The notes below the pieces were generated by a model. That model did no database searches. It was not told where the DNA came from and was given only the letters and a program-made list of their open reading frames with translations. A program made the position numbers and the translations under genes. From positions 1 to 64,000 of the IMG/VR virus record IMGVR_UViG_3300029828_000006: a stretch of 64,000 nucleotides of DNA; one strand, given 5' to 3'. This DNA is from a virus. Taxonomy: Duplodnaviria > Heunggongvirae > Uroviricota > Caudoviricetes. Below are positions 37,126-48,078 of the stretch, one piece after another (position 1 is the stretch's first letter; every line of letters begins with the position of its first letter).

Positions 37126-37714
37126 GTGTCTTAGCTACTTCCTGAGACAAGGCAGCTTTAACATTACCCGTATCTTGCATTACTTTGTCTGACTTGCTCT
37201 GGAGTTTAGACAGTTTGTCGTTAGCATTAGCGATATCTTCACGGAGTGCATCACGTGATTCTTTCGCTTCAGCTAATTTCTGAGCGTTAGATTTAACTCC
37301 CTGCCGCTTCTTATTTCCGTCATCAATATTTTTTGCTGCACGAGCAAGTTTTCGAGCTAATGACTTCTGGAAAGAAGTTGCTCCACGATTAAATAAAGCC
37401 GCAAGAGATTGCCCCAAAGCCGACATTGTTTTTACTGGCTTGAACGGTACTGTTTTACCATTCAGTTTGATCCCAGATATATCACCGGTATCGTTAACCT
37501 GAACTTCCATTGTCTGTTCATCAATACCAATAAGGGTAAACGTGCGCGTCATGATCCCATCTTTCTTCCTGCCATTACTTGCAGGGATCACCCTCGCTAT
37601 CTTGTAACCACCTTTGCTGATTTCTTTGACGAGTTTTGCCAGCCCCTTTTCGTTTAACTCATCATAATTAAGAAGAACATAATTATTCTTATTTGACATC
37701 CCAGTCTCCTTCAC
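37079..37714 (-). CDS. hypothetical protein (211 aa)
   Basis: Basic coiled-coil C-terminus; between lydB and darA-like. Confidence 0.4.
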   Translation of the reverse strand: MKETGMSNKNNYVLLNYDELNEKGLAKLVKEISKGGYKIARVIPASNGRKKDGIMTRTFTLIGIDEQTMEVQVNDTGDISGIKLNGKTVPFKPVKTMSALGQSLAALFNRGATSFQKSLARKLARAAKNIDDGNKKRQGVKSNAQKLAEAKESRDALREDIANANDKLSKLQSKSDKVMQDTGNVKAALSQEVAKTRALKEEIARLEDEHD

Positions 37715-38135
37715 GCTTTTCGATCGTAAACTGGCGCTCTATGCAGTCATTGATAGGGAAAATGCGATAAAGCGGATTCAGTCGGCAGTTACCGTTAGTC
37801 AATGTGACTTTCAGATCCCACTTCGTTGGCTCAAGATATTTCGTATCGATGAGCAAATACTCTTCTCTCTCACCGCGTTTTGAGGCGTCAACTGGTCGCG
37901 TTTTCCCTGAAATAACCACAGATGGATTTTTCAGGTCTTGCAACCAATATTCGATTTGAGCATTGCTGACCCAGCTTCGCTTAACACGTAGCGAAACAGG
38001 AAATGCTATAGCTGATTCTTTCACTACAGCGTCACCAATACTCAAAATCTCAACACTCTTGCGACGAAAAATGAAACGGTCAATGATGGCAACAAATGCC
38101 ATGATAAAAATGAAATAATTTCCAAAGTTACCCAT
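37689..38135 (-). CDS. lydB: LydB-like antiholin (148 aa)
   Basis: N-terminal membrane anchor; follows holin; size matches P1 LydB. Confidence 0.5.
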   Translation of the reverse strand: MGNFGNYFIFIMAFVAIIDRFIFRRKSVEILSIGDAVVKESAIAFPVSLRVKRSWVSNAQIEYWLQDLKNPSVVISGKTRPVDASKRGEREEYLLIDTKYLEPTKWDLKVTLTNGNCRLNPLYRIFPINDCIERQFTIEKREGDWDVK

Positions 38136-38461
38136 TATTTCTCTCCACCTTTTCCCCCATTCGCTATTACGCTTAAGAGATTCAAGACGTTACTAGCTCT
38201 GGACTTCAAGCCCTGTAAAATTTCACTACCGTTGTTACTGGCAATCAGAACAACGCAGAAAATGATGCCTTCAGGCCATTCTTGGCTAACCGCCACCCCA
38301 TACCCCGCAAGCCCGGCTGTTACCGCAGTAAACAATTCACTCGCAAGATTGAGCAGGGACGCAGAAATGCGCCCGTCTCTAACTCCGAGAAGGAATACGC
38401 CGGTTCCACTTAGTAGGGATGTTATGACTACTACAGCCAGATTTTCATAATCTGCAAACAT
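38135..38461 (-). CDS. lydA: LydA-like holin (108 aa)
   Basis: Three hydrophobic segments and charged C-terminus. Confidence 0.55.
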   Translation of the reverse strand: MFADYENLAVVVITSLLSGTGVFLLGVRDGRISASLLNLASELFTAVTAGLAGYGVAVSQEWPEGIIFCVVLIASNNGSEILQGLKSRASNVLNLLSVIANGGKGGEK

Positions 38462-38566
38462 ACCCCTCCAGAAATAACATCTAATGCGCCACTAACTTAG
38501 TCAGTTTGTTATTTCCTTACAGGACATCTTCTAAAATCTCCCCCCTTAACATACTAGGGGGGACAT

Positions 38567-39127
38567 ATGCTTATTGGATACATTCGCGTATCAACTAATG
38601 ACCAAAACACCGCTTTACAACGAAACGCCCTTGAAAGCGCAGGATGTGAGCTAATTTTTGAGGATAAGGCGAGCGGCAAAAAGGCTGAACGCCCAGGGTT
38701 AAAAAAGGTTCTGCGTATTATTTCCAGAGGTGACACCCTGGTCGTATGGAAGTTAGATCGTCTTGGGCGCAGCATGCGTCACTTGGTTGTGCTGGTGGAA
38801 GAGCTGCGTGACAGAGGCATTAACTTCCGAAGTCTCACTGACTCCATCGACACCAGTACACCAATGGGGCGCTTTTTCTTTCACGTAATGGGGGCGCTGG
38901 CAGAAATGGAACGTGAGCTTATCGTTGAACGTACACGCGCTGGACTTGATGCAGCTCGCGCAGAAGGTCGTATAGGTGGGCGTCGGCCTAAATACAAAGA
39001 AGAAACATGGCAGCAAATGCGGCGATTGCTGGAGAAGGGCATCCCCCGTAAGCAGGTTGCAATCATCTATGATGTGGCTGTTTCCACGCTTTATAAGAAG
39101 TTTCCGGCGTCATCATTTCAATCCTAA
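38567..39127 (+). CDS. cin: Cin serine DNA invertase
   Basis: MLIGYIRVSTNDQNT...VVWKLDRLGRSM...GRFFFHVMGALAEMEREL matches Cin/Gin/Hin; 3' end runs into cix. Confidence 0.9.
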   Translation: MLIGYIRVSTNDQNTALQRNALESAGCELIFEDKASGKKAERPGLKKVLRIISRGDTLVVWKLDRLGRSMRHLVVLVEELRDRGINFRSLTDSIDTSTPMGRFFFHVMGALAEMERELIVERTRAGLDAARAEGRIGGRRPKYKEETWQQMRRLLEKGIPRKQVAIIYDVAVSTLYKKFPASSFQS

Positions 39128-39144
39128 ACCTTGGTTTAAGAGAA
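39119..39144. other. cix crossover site (cin-proximal)
   Basis: CAATCCTAAACC-TT-GGTTTAAGAGAA; right half identical to second site in inverted orientation. Confidence 0.7.
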
Positions 39145-39174
39145 CTCGGTACCAGCGGTGAAAAGATCCCCCTG

Positions 39175-40776
39175 TTGAGTACGGCTAACACATGGAGTGC
39201 GCGCCAGACTTTCAACGGCGGGATCACCGGGGCGCTGACAGGGAACGCCGACACCGCGACGAAATTAAAAACAGCCATAAACATTAATGGCGTCAGATTC
39301 GATGGTTCGGCTGACATTAATATCAATACTCTGGTATCGCGTGGTCGCGTAACGGCTCTGGGGGCGAATGCACAGGGGACATCCGGGATTCAGCTGTATG
39401 AGGCATACAACAATGGCTACCCTTCCCCCTATGGCAATGTGCTTCACCTTAAAGGTGCCACCGCTGCTGGCGAAGGTGAGTTATTCATTGGCTGGAGTGG
39501 CACGAGTGGTGACCATGCGCCCGTACATATCCGTTCGCGGCGGGATACTGATTCTGCTAACTGGTCTGAATGGGCGCAGGTCTATACGTCAAAAGATTCC
39601 GTTCCCGGCGTTAATGCCAAAGGGAATCAGGACACCTCTGGTAATGCGGCTACAGCGACCAAGTTGCAGACAGCATGTACTATCAACGGTGTCTCGTTTG
39701 ATGGTTCTAAAAATATTGAGCTAACGGCGGAAGATTTAAATCTACAGGAAACGGTAAACAAGGCTGATAACGCGGTTCAAAAGACAGGCGATACCTTGTC
39801 CGGTGGACTTACTTTTGAAAACGACTCAATCCTTGCCTGGATTCGGAATACTGACTGGGCGAAGATTGGTTTTAAAAATGATGCCGACAGCGATACTGAT
39901 TCATACATGTGGTTTGAAACAGGCGACAACGGCAATGAATATTTCAAATGGAGAAGTCGCCAGAGCACCACAACAAAAGACCTGATGAATCTTAAATGGG
40001 ATGCTTTGTCTGTCCTTGTTAAAGCCCTTTTCAGCAGTGAAGTAAAAATATCGACAGTCAATGCACTAAGGATATTTAATTCATCTTTTGGTGCTATTTT
40101 TCGTCGTTCTGAAGAATGCCTGCATATCATCCCTACACGAGAGAATGAGGGGGAAAATGGTGATATAGGGCCACTACGTCCCTTTACACTTAATCTCAGA
40201 ACTGGCCGTATAACTATGGGGCATGGTCTGGATGTTACAGGAGATATAACAACTAACGCCTGGGTGTATGCAAACAGGTTTGCTATTAACAGCAGTAATG
40301 GTATGTGGATTCAGATGCGCGATAACAACGCTATCTTTGGGAAAAATATAGTTAACACTGATAGCGCCCAGGCATTGCTACGTCAGGACCATGCTGATCG
40401 CAAATTTATGATTGGTGGTCTGGGGAATAAGCAATTTGGCATCTACATGATTAATAATTCAAGGACAGCCAATGGTACCGATGGTCAGGCGTACATGGAT
40501 AATAACGGGAACTGGCTTTGCGGCTCGCAAGTTATTCCCGGCAACTATGGCAATTTTGACTCCAGATATGTGAAAGATGTTCGACTTGGTTCACAGCAAT
40601 ATTATGGAGTGAACAACTGGCAAACATGGAATTTCCAGTGCCCTTCAGGTCATGTATTGTCTGGTATTAATGTTCAGGATACAGGTTCCAACTCTGCCGA
40701 TAATATAGCGGGCGTTTATTACAGGCCCGTTCAAAAGTTTATAAATGGCACCTGGTATAATGTAGCGAGCGTTTAA
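39175..40776 (+). CDS. silent alternative tail-fibre variable segment Sv'
   Basis: No ATG (track start is TTG); N-terminus identical to S residues after cix; expressed only after inversion. Confidence 0.6.
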   Translation: MSTANTWSARQTFNGGITGALTGNADTATKLKTAININGVRFDGSADININTLVSRGRVTALGANAQGTSGIQLYEAYNNGYPSPYGNVLHLKGATAAGEGELFIGWSGTSGDHAPVHIRSRRDTDSANWSEWAQVYTSKDSVPGVNAKGNQDTSGNAATATKLQTACTINGVSFDGSKNIELTAEDLNLQETVNKADNAVQKTGDTLSGGLTFENDSILAWIRNTDWAKIGFKNDADSDTDSYMWFETGDNGNEYFKWRSRQSTTTKDLMNLKWDALSVLVKALFSSEVKISTVNALRIFNSSFGAIFRRSEECLHIIPTRENEGENGDIGPLRPFTLNLRTGRITMGHGLDVTGDITTNAWVYANRFAINSSNGMWIQMRDNNAIFGKNIVNTDSAQALLRQDHADRKFMIGGLGNKQFGIYMINNSRTANGTDGQAYMDNNGNWLCGSQVIPGNYGNFDSRYVKDVRLGSQQYYGVNNWQTWNFQCPSGHVLSGINVQDTGSNSADNIAGVYYRPVQKFINGTWYNVASV

Positions 40777-40777
40777 C

Positions 40778-41305
40778 ATGATGCACTTAAAGAACATAAA
40801 AGCGGGTAACGCTAAAACACTGGAACAGTATGAGTTAACAAAGAAACACGGAGTTATCTGGCTTTACTCTGAGGACGGAAAAAACTGGTATGAGGAAGTG
40901 AAAAACTTTCAGCCAGACACAATAAAGATTGTTTACGATGCAAATAATATTATTGTCGCCATCACTAAAGATGCCTCCACGCTTAACCCTGAAGGTTTTA
41001 GCGTCGTTGAGGTTCCTGATATTACAGCTAATCGTCGTGCTGATGATTCCGGTAAGTGGATGTTTAGGGACGGAGCTGTGGTTAAACGGATTTATACGGC
41101 AGACGAGCAACAACAACAGGCCGAATCACAAAAGGCCGCGTTACTTTCCGAAGCAGAAAACGTTATTCAGCCACTGGAACGCGCTGTCAGGCTGAATATG
41201 GCGACGGATGAGGAACGCGCACGACTGGAGTCATGGGAACGCTATAGTGTTCTGGTCAGCCGTGTGGATACGGCAAATCCTGAATGGCCACAAAAACCAG
41301 AGTAA
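40778..41305 (+). CDS. tail fibre assembly protein U'
   Basis: 175 aa paralogue of U. Confidence 0.65.
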   Translation: MMHLKNIKAGNAKTLEQYELTKKHGVIWLYSEDGKNWYEEVKNFQPDTIKIVYDANNIIVAITKDASTLNPEGFSVVEVPDITANRRADDSGKWMFRDGAVVKRIYTADEQQQQAESQKAALLSEAENVIQPLERAVRLNMATDEERARLESWERYSVLVSRVDTANPEWPQKPE

Positions 41306-41333
41306 AAATTAAGGCCCGATATCGGGCCTTCTC

Positions 41334-41867
41334 TCATTCTGGTTGTTCGGGAAACGTTACTGGCAGGCTGGAGGTGTCTGTAGATTCGACTTTCTGCGCA
41401 AAGAGCATCCACTCTGTTAATTTTTGTTTATTCTCGTCGGAAATGATGCCCAGCCGTAGCTGTGAGTCCCATAGCTGGGTTTTATCCCTGACGAGCTGTA
41501 GCAGGCTTTGCTTTTCATTTTCCGCCTGCTGCCTCTGCTCTTCCTCGGTATAAGTTCGCTTTACCACTACGCCATCTTTGAACATCCATTTACCCGAAAT
41601 GTCAGCACGGCGATTTGCTGTAATATCAGGAACCTCAACGACGCTTGCGCCTTCTGGATTAATTGCTGAAACATCCTTTTCAATACAAATAATAACGCCG
41701 TTGTGGTCATAGACCATTTTCAACGTATCAGTCTGGAAATTCTTTTGTTCCTCATACCAGTTTTTTCCATCCTCTGTATAAAGCCATTTGATGTTAAATT
41801 GTTTCGTTAGCTGGTATTGCTCTTTTGTTTTAGGGTTGCCAGCAGTAATATTTTTTAAGTGCATCAT
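41334..41867 (-). CDS. U: tail fibre assembly protein U
   Basis: 177 aa directly downstream of S. Confidence 0.7.
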   Translation of the reverse strand: MMHLKNITAGNPKTKEQYQLTKQFNIKWLYTEDGKNWYEEQKNFQTDTLKMVYDHNGVIICIEKDVSAINPEGASVVEVPDITANRRADISGKWMFKDGVVVKRTYTEEEQRQQAENEKQSLLQLVRDKTQLWDSQLRLGIISDENKQKLTEWMLFAQKVESTDTSSLPVTFPEQPE

Positions 41868-41869
41868 AA

Positions 41870-44800
41870 TTAAATACTCCCCGCGTTATACCACGTTCCA
41901 TTAATGCAATACTGAATTGGCCTTGCCTGAGTTGTATCAATTAATTCATCACGGTTTCCGTTAACTGAACCAGTAACGACATAACCTGACCTGTCAGACC
42001 AGCCGGGACCATTCCATGTCTGAACAGATGACAGACCGCCAAGGCGAATACCTGTAATAAACCTTGAGTTACATTCTGCCTGCGTATATGCACCAACATC
42101 TCTCGCAGAGGGTTTGCGGGTTGTGGTGTAAAACTCTGACCAGTCAGCTTCAAAGCCATAACCATCACGCGCTGAACGATAAAAGATTCCGCCATTTCTG
42201 TAATTCACGCGGAACTGTACAGCAGGGCAGCTCCCCGTATTCATATTGAAGTGGAGGATTAATGTCGATGCGCCACCAATATTTGCGTTATAGACCCCGC
42301 TATTCCAGTTCCAGCCAACAGCTTTATCATTTCCGACAGTGCTTCCTGTTTGCCCTAAAGCAAATGCAGGCTGCTGGTTTTTCGTGTTGTAGTCTCGTCG
42401 CCAGCCAGGAGCATAAGCATCACCATGATTAATATAGGTGAATTGAGCGTTAGTAATTCCGCCGCCGCTGGACGTACTCGGCGTAGTAACGCGTATGGTC
42501 ATTGCGCCGCGAGTGCCAATAACTTCCACCACAGCACCTGCAAGACAAATATTTCCGCAACCTGTATCTGTAATGACCTTATTATTTGCATAAGCCCATG
42601 AGCCTTTGCACATCCAGTAAGGATGGTTAAATGCTCCCTGACTCTCCAGCCACGAAATAAATTGCGCGGTTGTCCAGACCTGACTATCGCCACCAATATT
42701 CAGCCATGAGCTATATGCGCGGCAGGCACCAATATTTTTGGTGAAGGTATCTTTTCCTGGAATATCTGCGCCGTTCTGGTTTTTCTGCAATGATCCAGCG
42801 GCTAATTCTACGGTTTGCTCAAGATTTAAATCTTCCGCCGTTAACTCAATATTTTTAGAACCATCAAACGAGACACCGTTAATAGTACATGCTGTCTGCA
42901 ATTTAGTCGCTGTAGCCGCATTACCAGAGGTATCCTGATCCCCTTTAGCATTGACGCCGGGAACGGAATCTTTTGACGTATAGATCTGCGCCCATTCGGA
43001 CCATGCCGCAGCAGTGCTATCTCTTTTGGATCGAATGAAAGCAGGTGCATGAGCGCCATTTGTGCCACTCCAGCCAATGAGCAACTCGCCTTCACCAGTG
43101 GATGCTGCTCCCTTCAGGTGAAGTACATTCCCGTAAGTCGTTGGATAACCATTGTTGTATGCCTCATACATCTGCAATCCAGTAGCAGCACCTTGCGTTG
43201 TACCGGTAAGCGCAGTAACGCGTCCTCTAGACGTAATTGTTGGTATCGAAATGTTCGTAGAACCATCGAACCTGACGCCATTAATGTTTATGGCTGTTTT
43301 TAATTTCGTAGCGGTGTCGGCGTTCCCTGTCAGCGCCCCGGTGATCCCGCCGTTGAAAGTCTGGCGCGCACTCCATGTGTTAGCCGTACTCAACAGGGGG
43401 ATCTTTTCACCGCTGGTACCGAGTTCTCTTAAACCAAGGTATTGGATAACGGCTAGTGTGCTTGTTTTAGCCAGAATATCGCGACCGACTGACGTTAAAT
43501 CAGTCTGCGCTACCGTATCCTTACCGGTGAAATAAGGCAGTTTGTTTGCACCAGTCGCAAGGGCAGCAAGAGCGGTTAAAGTTGCATCAAGTGGCTGTTT
43601 CCCTGCCAGCGCATTTGTCATGGTTGTCGCAAAGTTCGGGTCATTGCCCAATGCTGCTGCAAGCTCATTCAGGGTATCAAGAGCTTCAGGTGATGAGCCG
43701 ACCAATGCAGAGATAGCAGCCCGTACGTAAGCAGTCGTAGCGATCTGCGTATTGTTTGTGCCCTGTGCGGCGGTCGGCGCAGTAGGGACACCCGTTAATG
43801 CAGGGCTTGCCAAAGGCGCTTTGAGAGCCAGGGCATTGTTGATAGTTGTGCTGAAATTCGGGTCGTTATTGATCGCAGCCGCTATTTCTTTCAACGTATC
43901 CAATGTGCTAGGCGCACCGTTGATAAGTGTCGTTATAGCTGCCTTAACAAAGGCTGTATTTGCAATCTGCGTGCTATTTGTGCCTTGTGAGGCCGTAGGC
44001 GCTGTCGGTGTACCTGTAAACGCCGGGCTTGCCAAAGGAGCTTTAAGAGCCAGTGCGTTATTGATAGTTTCGCTGAACTTTGGGTCGTTATTGATGGCTG
44101 CTGCAATTTCTTTCAGCGTGTCCATCGTTCCCGGAGCACCATTGATAAGCGCATTTATAGCAGCATAGACAAAGGCCGCATTTGCGATCTGTGTGTTGTT
44201 TGTACCGGGTTCAGGTGTTGGCGAAGTCGGCGTACCTGACAGATGCGGACTATCGAGCGGAGCTTTTGTATCAACCAAATCATGGAGAGTTTTGACAGCC
44301 AGAGGTGTAGCCGCTTTTCTTTCTTCTGTACTGCTTATTTCATTAGAGAATTCGACACCAACAGCACGGTTAACCCGGTATTTAAGCACAATCATTTCTT
44401 TAGTCACAGCCGTTGCGCCGCTAGGCACGATAACTCGACATAATTCAATTTGATTCTGCCCAATAGTATTGTCCGTACGCGCGTAAATTCTTGCAGCACT
44501 GACAGAAGATGCGCTATCTACCTGTGTCGTTTTTACACCATGTTCAAAATTGGCTTCCAGCACAATAATGTTTGTAGCCCCAGCCTTTACCGAGACAGTC
44601 ACATCTTCTATTTGCTGAACGGATATCTGAACATTATTTACATCTACTGAAGCAGCCCCTTTACCTTCTGAGTTTTCAGAAGTTACACGGACGCTCAACC
44701 CTGTGCCGGGAACTGGTTCAAATCCACAGTAAAAGCCAGGCAAAACAATATTTTTAAGTTTTCTGTTAAGAGCCGAACTACTATAGAGTTCGAAATATTG

Positions 44801-44872
44801 AACATCAGCAAGCAACGGCTGTGAAACACCAGAGGATAGTGTCATTATGTTGTTCGTTTTATCAGCCCCCAT
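41870..44872 (-). CDS. S: tail fibre protein S (constant part + Sv)
   Basis: About 1000 aa; ATG at 44872 with GAGGG RBS (track start is upstream TTG); collar repeats; cix inside. Confidence 0.8.
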   Translation of the reverse strand: MGADKTNNIMTLSSGVSQPLLADVQYFELYSSSALNRKLKNIVLPGFYCGFEPVPGTGLSVRVTSENSEGKGAASVDVNNVQISVQQIEDVTVSVKAGATNIIVLEANFEHGVKTTQVDSASSVSAARIYARTDNTIGQNQIELCRVIVPSGATAVTKEMIVLKYRVNRAVGVEFSNEISSTEERKAATPLAVKTLHDLVDTKAPLDSPHLSGTPTSPTPEPGTNNTQIANAAFVYAAINALINGAPGTMDTLKEIAAAINNDPKFSETINNALALKAPLASPAFTGTPTAPTASQGTNSTQIANTAFVKAAITTLINGAPSTLDTLKEIAAAINNDPNFSTTINNALALKAPLASPALTGVPTAPTAAQGTNNTQIATTAYVRAAISALVGSSPEALDTLNELAAALGNDPNFATTMTNALAGKQPLDATLTALAALATGANKLPYFTGKDTVAQTDLTSVGRDILAKTSTLAVIQYLGLRELGTSGEKIPLLSTANTWSARQTFNGGITGALTGNADTATKLKTAININGVRFDGSTNISIPTITSRGRVTALTGTTQGAATGLQMYEAYNNGYPTTYGNVLHLKGAASTGEGELLIGWSGTNGAHAPAFIRSKRDSTAAAWSEWAQIYTSKDSVPGVNAKGDQDTSGNAATATKLQTACTINGVSFDGSKNIELTAEDLNLEQTVELAAGSLQKNQNGADIPGKDTFTKNIGACRAYSSWLNIGGDSQVWTTAQFISWLESQGAFNHPYWMCKGSWAYANNKVITDTGCGNICLAGAVVEVIGTRGAMTIRVTTPSTSSGGGITNAQFTYINHGDAYAPGWRRDYNTKNQQPAFALGQTGSTVGNDKAVGWNWNSGVYNANIGGASTLILHFNMNTGSCPAVQFRVNYRNGGIFYRSARDGYGFEADWSEFYTTTRKPSARDVGAYTQAECNSRFITGIRLGGLSSVQTWNGPGWSDRSGYVVTGSVNGNRDELIDTTQARPIQYCINGTWYNAGSI
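43424..43449. other. cix crossover site within S
   Basis: TTCTCTTAAACC-AA-GGTATTGGATAA, inverted relative to 39119-39144. Confidence 0.7.
43560..44240. repeat. three tandem 225-bp repeats encoding 75-aa collar repeats
   Basis: Recurring INNALALKAPLASPAFTGTPTAPT blocks in S constant region. Confidence 0.7.
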
Positions 44873-44874
44873 AA

Positions 44875-45321
44875 TCAACCCTCAACTTGCTCGATTGTCA
44901 TGAGAATACTGTAACGTTTACCTTTATAGAGGGTATCTTGCTGGGTGCAAAGCACACCAAAAGCCTGTTCCTCAGCATCAACAAGCACAAGCGTGTTAAA
45001 GTCGTAAGGCGTGTTATCCGGCATTCTTTCTTGAGGGAAGGCTGCATTGATAGTGATAATCCCATCCACACTGGACAATATCAGATCGGACACTGCAAAC
45101 TGTTGAGCATCACTCAATTTAAAATCGAGTGGAATGTCAGCTATATTCCAGCCTCCTGCACCATTAGCAGTTACCAGACTAGATTTGCACCAATACGCCT
45201 TAGAGATAACAAAACGCGCACCTTTGCCGATCGCCGACTCAGCGCGGCGTGAATAATAGTAGGAAAGCAATTGCGCCTTATACAGGCGGTTACCATCTCT
45301 TGCCTTTAAATTTTCAGCCAT
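44875..45321 (-). CDS. tail fibre-associated protein R-like (148 aa)
   Basis: Immediately upstream of and coupled to S. Confidence 0.45.
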   Translation of the reverse strand: MAENLKARDGNRLYKAQLLSYYYSRRAESAIGKGARFVISKAYWCKSSLVTANGAGGWNIADIPLDFKLSDAQQFAVSDLILSSVDGIITINAAFPQERMPDNTPYDFNTLVLVDAEEQAFGVLCTQQDTLYKGKRYSILMTIEQVEG

Positions 45322-45386
45322 ACGAACATAGCCCCTTCATAAGCAATGAACCAAAGGAGAGTATGCTCAGTTTGTGATTTCCGTTG

Positions 45387-45416
45387 TTCTTCCCCCAAAT
45401 GCGGGGGAAGAATTAT
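45387..45416. terminator. hairpin TTCTTCCCCC-loop-GGGGGAAGAA
   Basis: 10-bp stem between baseplate gene and R. Confidence 0.45.
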
Positions 45417-46261
45417 TAAACAGGTTGAAGGTGGTAATCCAAAGGCCACGCATCGAGTGGGGTTACATCAAGATGTAATTGCTTTTCTGCCGTTCGGTTC
45501 GGTATGGCGTTAAGAGAAATATTGTCTACCTGGCAGGAGATATCACTACGGGATAGCATATCAGCCATACTCTCAGTAACATAAACACCTTCAATTACCG
45601 AAACATCCGTAGACAAGCAATTTAGTATTTCTGCCACTTCAGGGAATACAGCACTAAGCCGAAACGAGACGCCATCAAAAACAATATGCAATGGCAACAA
45701 AGGGGCTATTACTGTTTCGAAGTCAGATAACAATTTCTGCACAGCGGCTTCTTTATCCTGCTCTCCATATGAGCGATATAGCTTGTTCTGATCAACAACG
45801 ACCAGCCCCCTTGATGTCAGGAAGAACTCACCGAATTGAGCCTGTGCCGTAGGTATTTCTATTTCGGTCGCAAAATATGAACCATAGGGGTGTTTTTCTA
45901 TATTTACAGGTGCATACAGCGGTTCCCAGCTAACAGGAATACAACCGAATTCACGCCAGAATGTCTGCTCAATAGGCAAGATAGTGCCTTTAAAGTGCAC
46001 TTCATCTAAACGTTGTGCCAGTAGCATTGGCCTACGGGCCTTATCTTTTTCAGTGATGACGAAAAAACGCCCGTATTCAGCAATGCGGGCATCCATATCC
46101 TCACTGTCCATAGTGAAGAAGGATTTTCTGTTACTTATTCTTGTTAATATTGGTTCTACTGCCTCATTCCAGACATCCTGTAAAGCGTCGATAAAGGCAC
46201 TCCAGAGATGTGAATCCTGTTTTACTTTAGTTAATCGTTCCTTAAGCCAATTATCTTTCAT
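45416..46261 (-). CDS. baseplate structural protein (281 aa, tentative)
   Basis: Position in tail-fibre/baseplate operon. Confidence 0.3.
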   Translation of the reverse strand: MKDNWLKERLTKVKQDSHLWSAFIDALQDVWNEAVEPILTRISNRKSFFTMDSEDMDARIAEYGRFFVITEKDKARRPMLLAQRLDEVHFKGTILPIEQTFWREFGCIPVSWEPLYAPVNIEKHPYGSYFATEIEIPTAQAQFGEFFLTSRGLVVVDQNKLYRSYGEQDKEAAVQKLLSDFETVIAPLLPLHIVFDGVSFRLSAVFPEVAEILNCLSTDVSVIEGVYVTESMADMLSRSDISCQVDNISLNAIPNRTAEKQLHLDVTPLDAWPLDYHLQPV

Positions 46262-46271
46262 GCCAACCTCA

Positions 46272-47702
46272 TTACGGGTAAGAAATGCTGAACGTTGAAG
46301 ATTTCACGTCAAGATAAATGAAGTCATTAAAGTAAACAGCATCTTTCATATTTTGTATTGTTATGTCGTAAGACAGAAACATATCCAGAGACTCTATTAC
46401 TCGCCAAATATCTTTAACTTTTACCTGTGCATAACATTGCTGGGAATCATCATCACTCTGTAGTAATAAACTGAATGATGAAGAATCACGGCCAAAATTA
46501 TCTTCCAACGCTGCTTTAATAGTATTTTGAGCATCGTCTATCAGAACATTTTTACGTGCAATACCTATAAAATTTATAGTAAATGGCTGTTCATTTGTAT
46601 CTACATACTCGAACCGCTTGTTCAACTCATTTGGAACATTCTCTAGAGCTTTCAGTATTTCTGATTTTAGCTGAGCCTGGCTTACACCCGGTTTATGTCC
46701 GCAAAAGAAAATTTTGTTGATGTTTCGAACGTCAAACCCAGTTATTTTCTCTTGTAACGCTTCGCCCCAAACGTTCAACCATGAAGTTCCATGAACAACA
46801 TTCTGAATGAATTGGCGATAATCACCGCCCCATACCACTTGTTCATCGTATGCAACATAATACTGAGCACGATTTCGAGTTTCTTCTGTAGTTTCCATAC
46901 CACTACCACCGGTAATGATCGAATCAGTTTTAAACTCTAGTGACTCCACATATTGAGCGATATTTCCAGCCGGTTCTAACTTTTGTCCTTCAGCCAAAGT
47001 ATAGTCGCCAAGGCTAGCCATAACATCGATTCGAACCTGACAGCCTGCTGGAGGCATCATACCCATAGAACCATCACCAAACTTGACTCCAAGTTGTTCT
47101 GTAGGTTTATATGCCAATGAATAGTGTTTACTCTTGTCTCTGGACATTCTAAATAATGGGTTATATGTCCATTTTTCTTCTACGCCATCTGTAATAACAT
47201 AAACATCCAGGCTAGAGACTTCTTTTGTTAACTCTCTGGAAAGCAACAATGTCAGAAATAAAGTTTCCTTCTCAATATCAAATGTAACGCTAACGGCTTC
47301 ATGCTGTTTAGTTTCTACGCCAGAAACAGTTCCTCCAGCAGGAATTACAACACTGTTAATAATTGCCAAAGGTGTTTGGTCATTGGCAAGCAATTCAGCC
47401 CCGGCTGGTAACGTAATATCCCGATCAGTTTTATTGGTTATAGACGTTGTTCCGTATGAAGCACTAACAAATCGCCCTACGTAGCTACGGTCTTCAGCAA
47501 CCGCTAAAATACTTGAGCGGCGCGTAGCCGTTGAAATAAGTCCCTCAGTGAGGCCGCGGCTTGCAAATGTACGGGCAATATAAATAAGCTGTGATCCGAA
47601 TATAGCGTGCATCTGCACAAACTGACTATTTACAAATCGTGACCACCATGTGTTTTCATTTAACTTAGCGTTAAATTTGTCCAGTAATTCTGTAATCGTC
47701 AC
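46272..47702 (-). CDS. baseplate protein (476 aa, tentative)
   Basis: Coupled to gp25-like gene upstream. Confidence 0.3.
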   Translation of the reverse strand: MTITELLDKFNAKLNENTWWSRFVNSQFVQMHAIFGSQLIYIARTFASRGLTEGLISTATRRSSILAVAEDRSYVGRFVSASYGTTSITNKTDRDITLPAGAELLANDQTPLAIINSVVIPAGGTVSGVETKQHEAVSVTFDIEKETLFLTLLLSRELTKEVSSLDVYVITDGVEEKWTYNPLFRMSRDKSKHYSLAYKPTEQLGVKFGDGSMGMMPPAGCQVRIDVMASLGDYTLAEGQKLEPAGNIAQYVESLEFKTDSIITGGSGMETTEETRNRAQYYVAYDEQVVWGGDYRQFIQNVVHGTSWLNVWGEALQEKITGFDVRNINKIFFCGHKPGVSQAQLKSEILKALENVPNELNKRFEYVDTNEQPFTINFIGIARKNVLIDDAQNTIKAALEDNFGRDSSSFSLLLQSDDDSQQCYAQVKVKDIWRVIESLDMFLSYDITIQNMKDAVYFNDFIYLDVKSSTFSISYP

Positions 47703-48073
47703 GCGCCCACCCCACTTGATTTCTGCATAACAATATCCATGCTCCCACCTTTCGCATAAAAACTAATTAATAAAGAATCTTCAGAAATTGATGTGCAACG
47801 AATCCCCTGCACATCCAAACCTGGCAAATCTTGTCGTAGTTTTTTCATCATTCTCCCTTCAATAGCCACTTCAACTATGTGCGAAGTTTCAGAGCCGAAT
47901 GGTTCATGCTTAAATTCTTCCATTGGATTCCCCCATGAGGGTAAACCATAAACACTCCCTTCAGGGGTTCGTAACCACTCGTCAAGTCGGGCCATCCATG
48001 CTGCGGTACTTCCTTCTGCAATAATGACACCGCTCTCATTCGTTTGAAGTCTTGCGTCTATTTCATAAAGCAT
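47699..48073 (-). CDS. gp25/GPW-like baseplate wedge protein (124 aa, tentative)
   Basis: Size and position typical; follows tape-measure-like gene. Confidence 0.3.
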   Translation of the reverse strand: MLYEIDARLQTNESGVIIAEGSTAAWMARLDEWLRTPEGSVYGLPSWGNPMEEFKHEPFGSETSHIVEVAIEGRMMKKLRQDLPGLDVQGIRCTSISEDSLLISFYAKGGSMDIVMQKSSGVGA

Positions 48074-48078
48074 CTGTA

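Larger units (their letters stand above)
39133..43435. other. invertible C-segment (about 4.3 kb)
   Basis: Bounded by inverted cix sites; identical 140-bp inverted segments at 39127 and 43430 regions. Confidence 0.75.

Noticed and set aside
43542-44453. Ala-rich plus-strand ORFs antisense to S
   Set aside because: Generated by the reverse complement of the Ala/Thr-rich collar repeats of the tail fibre gene.
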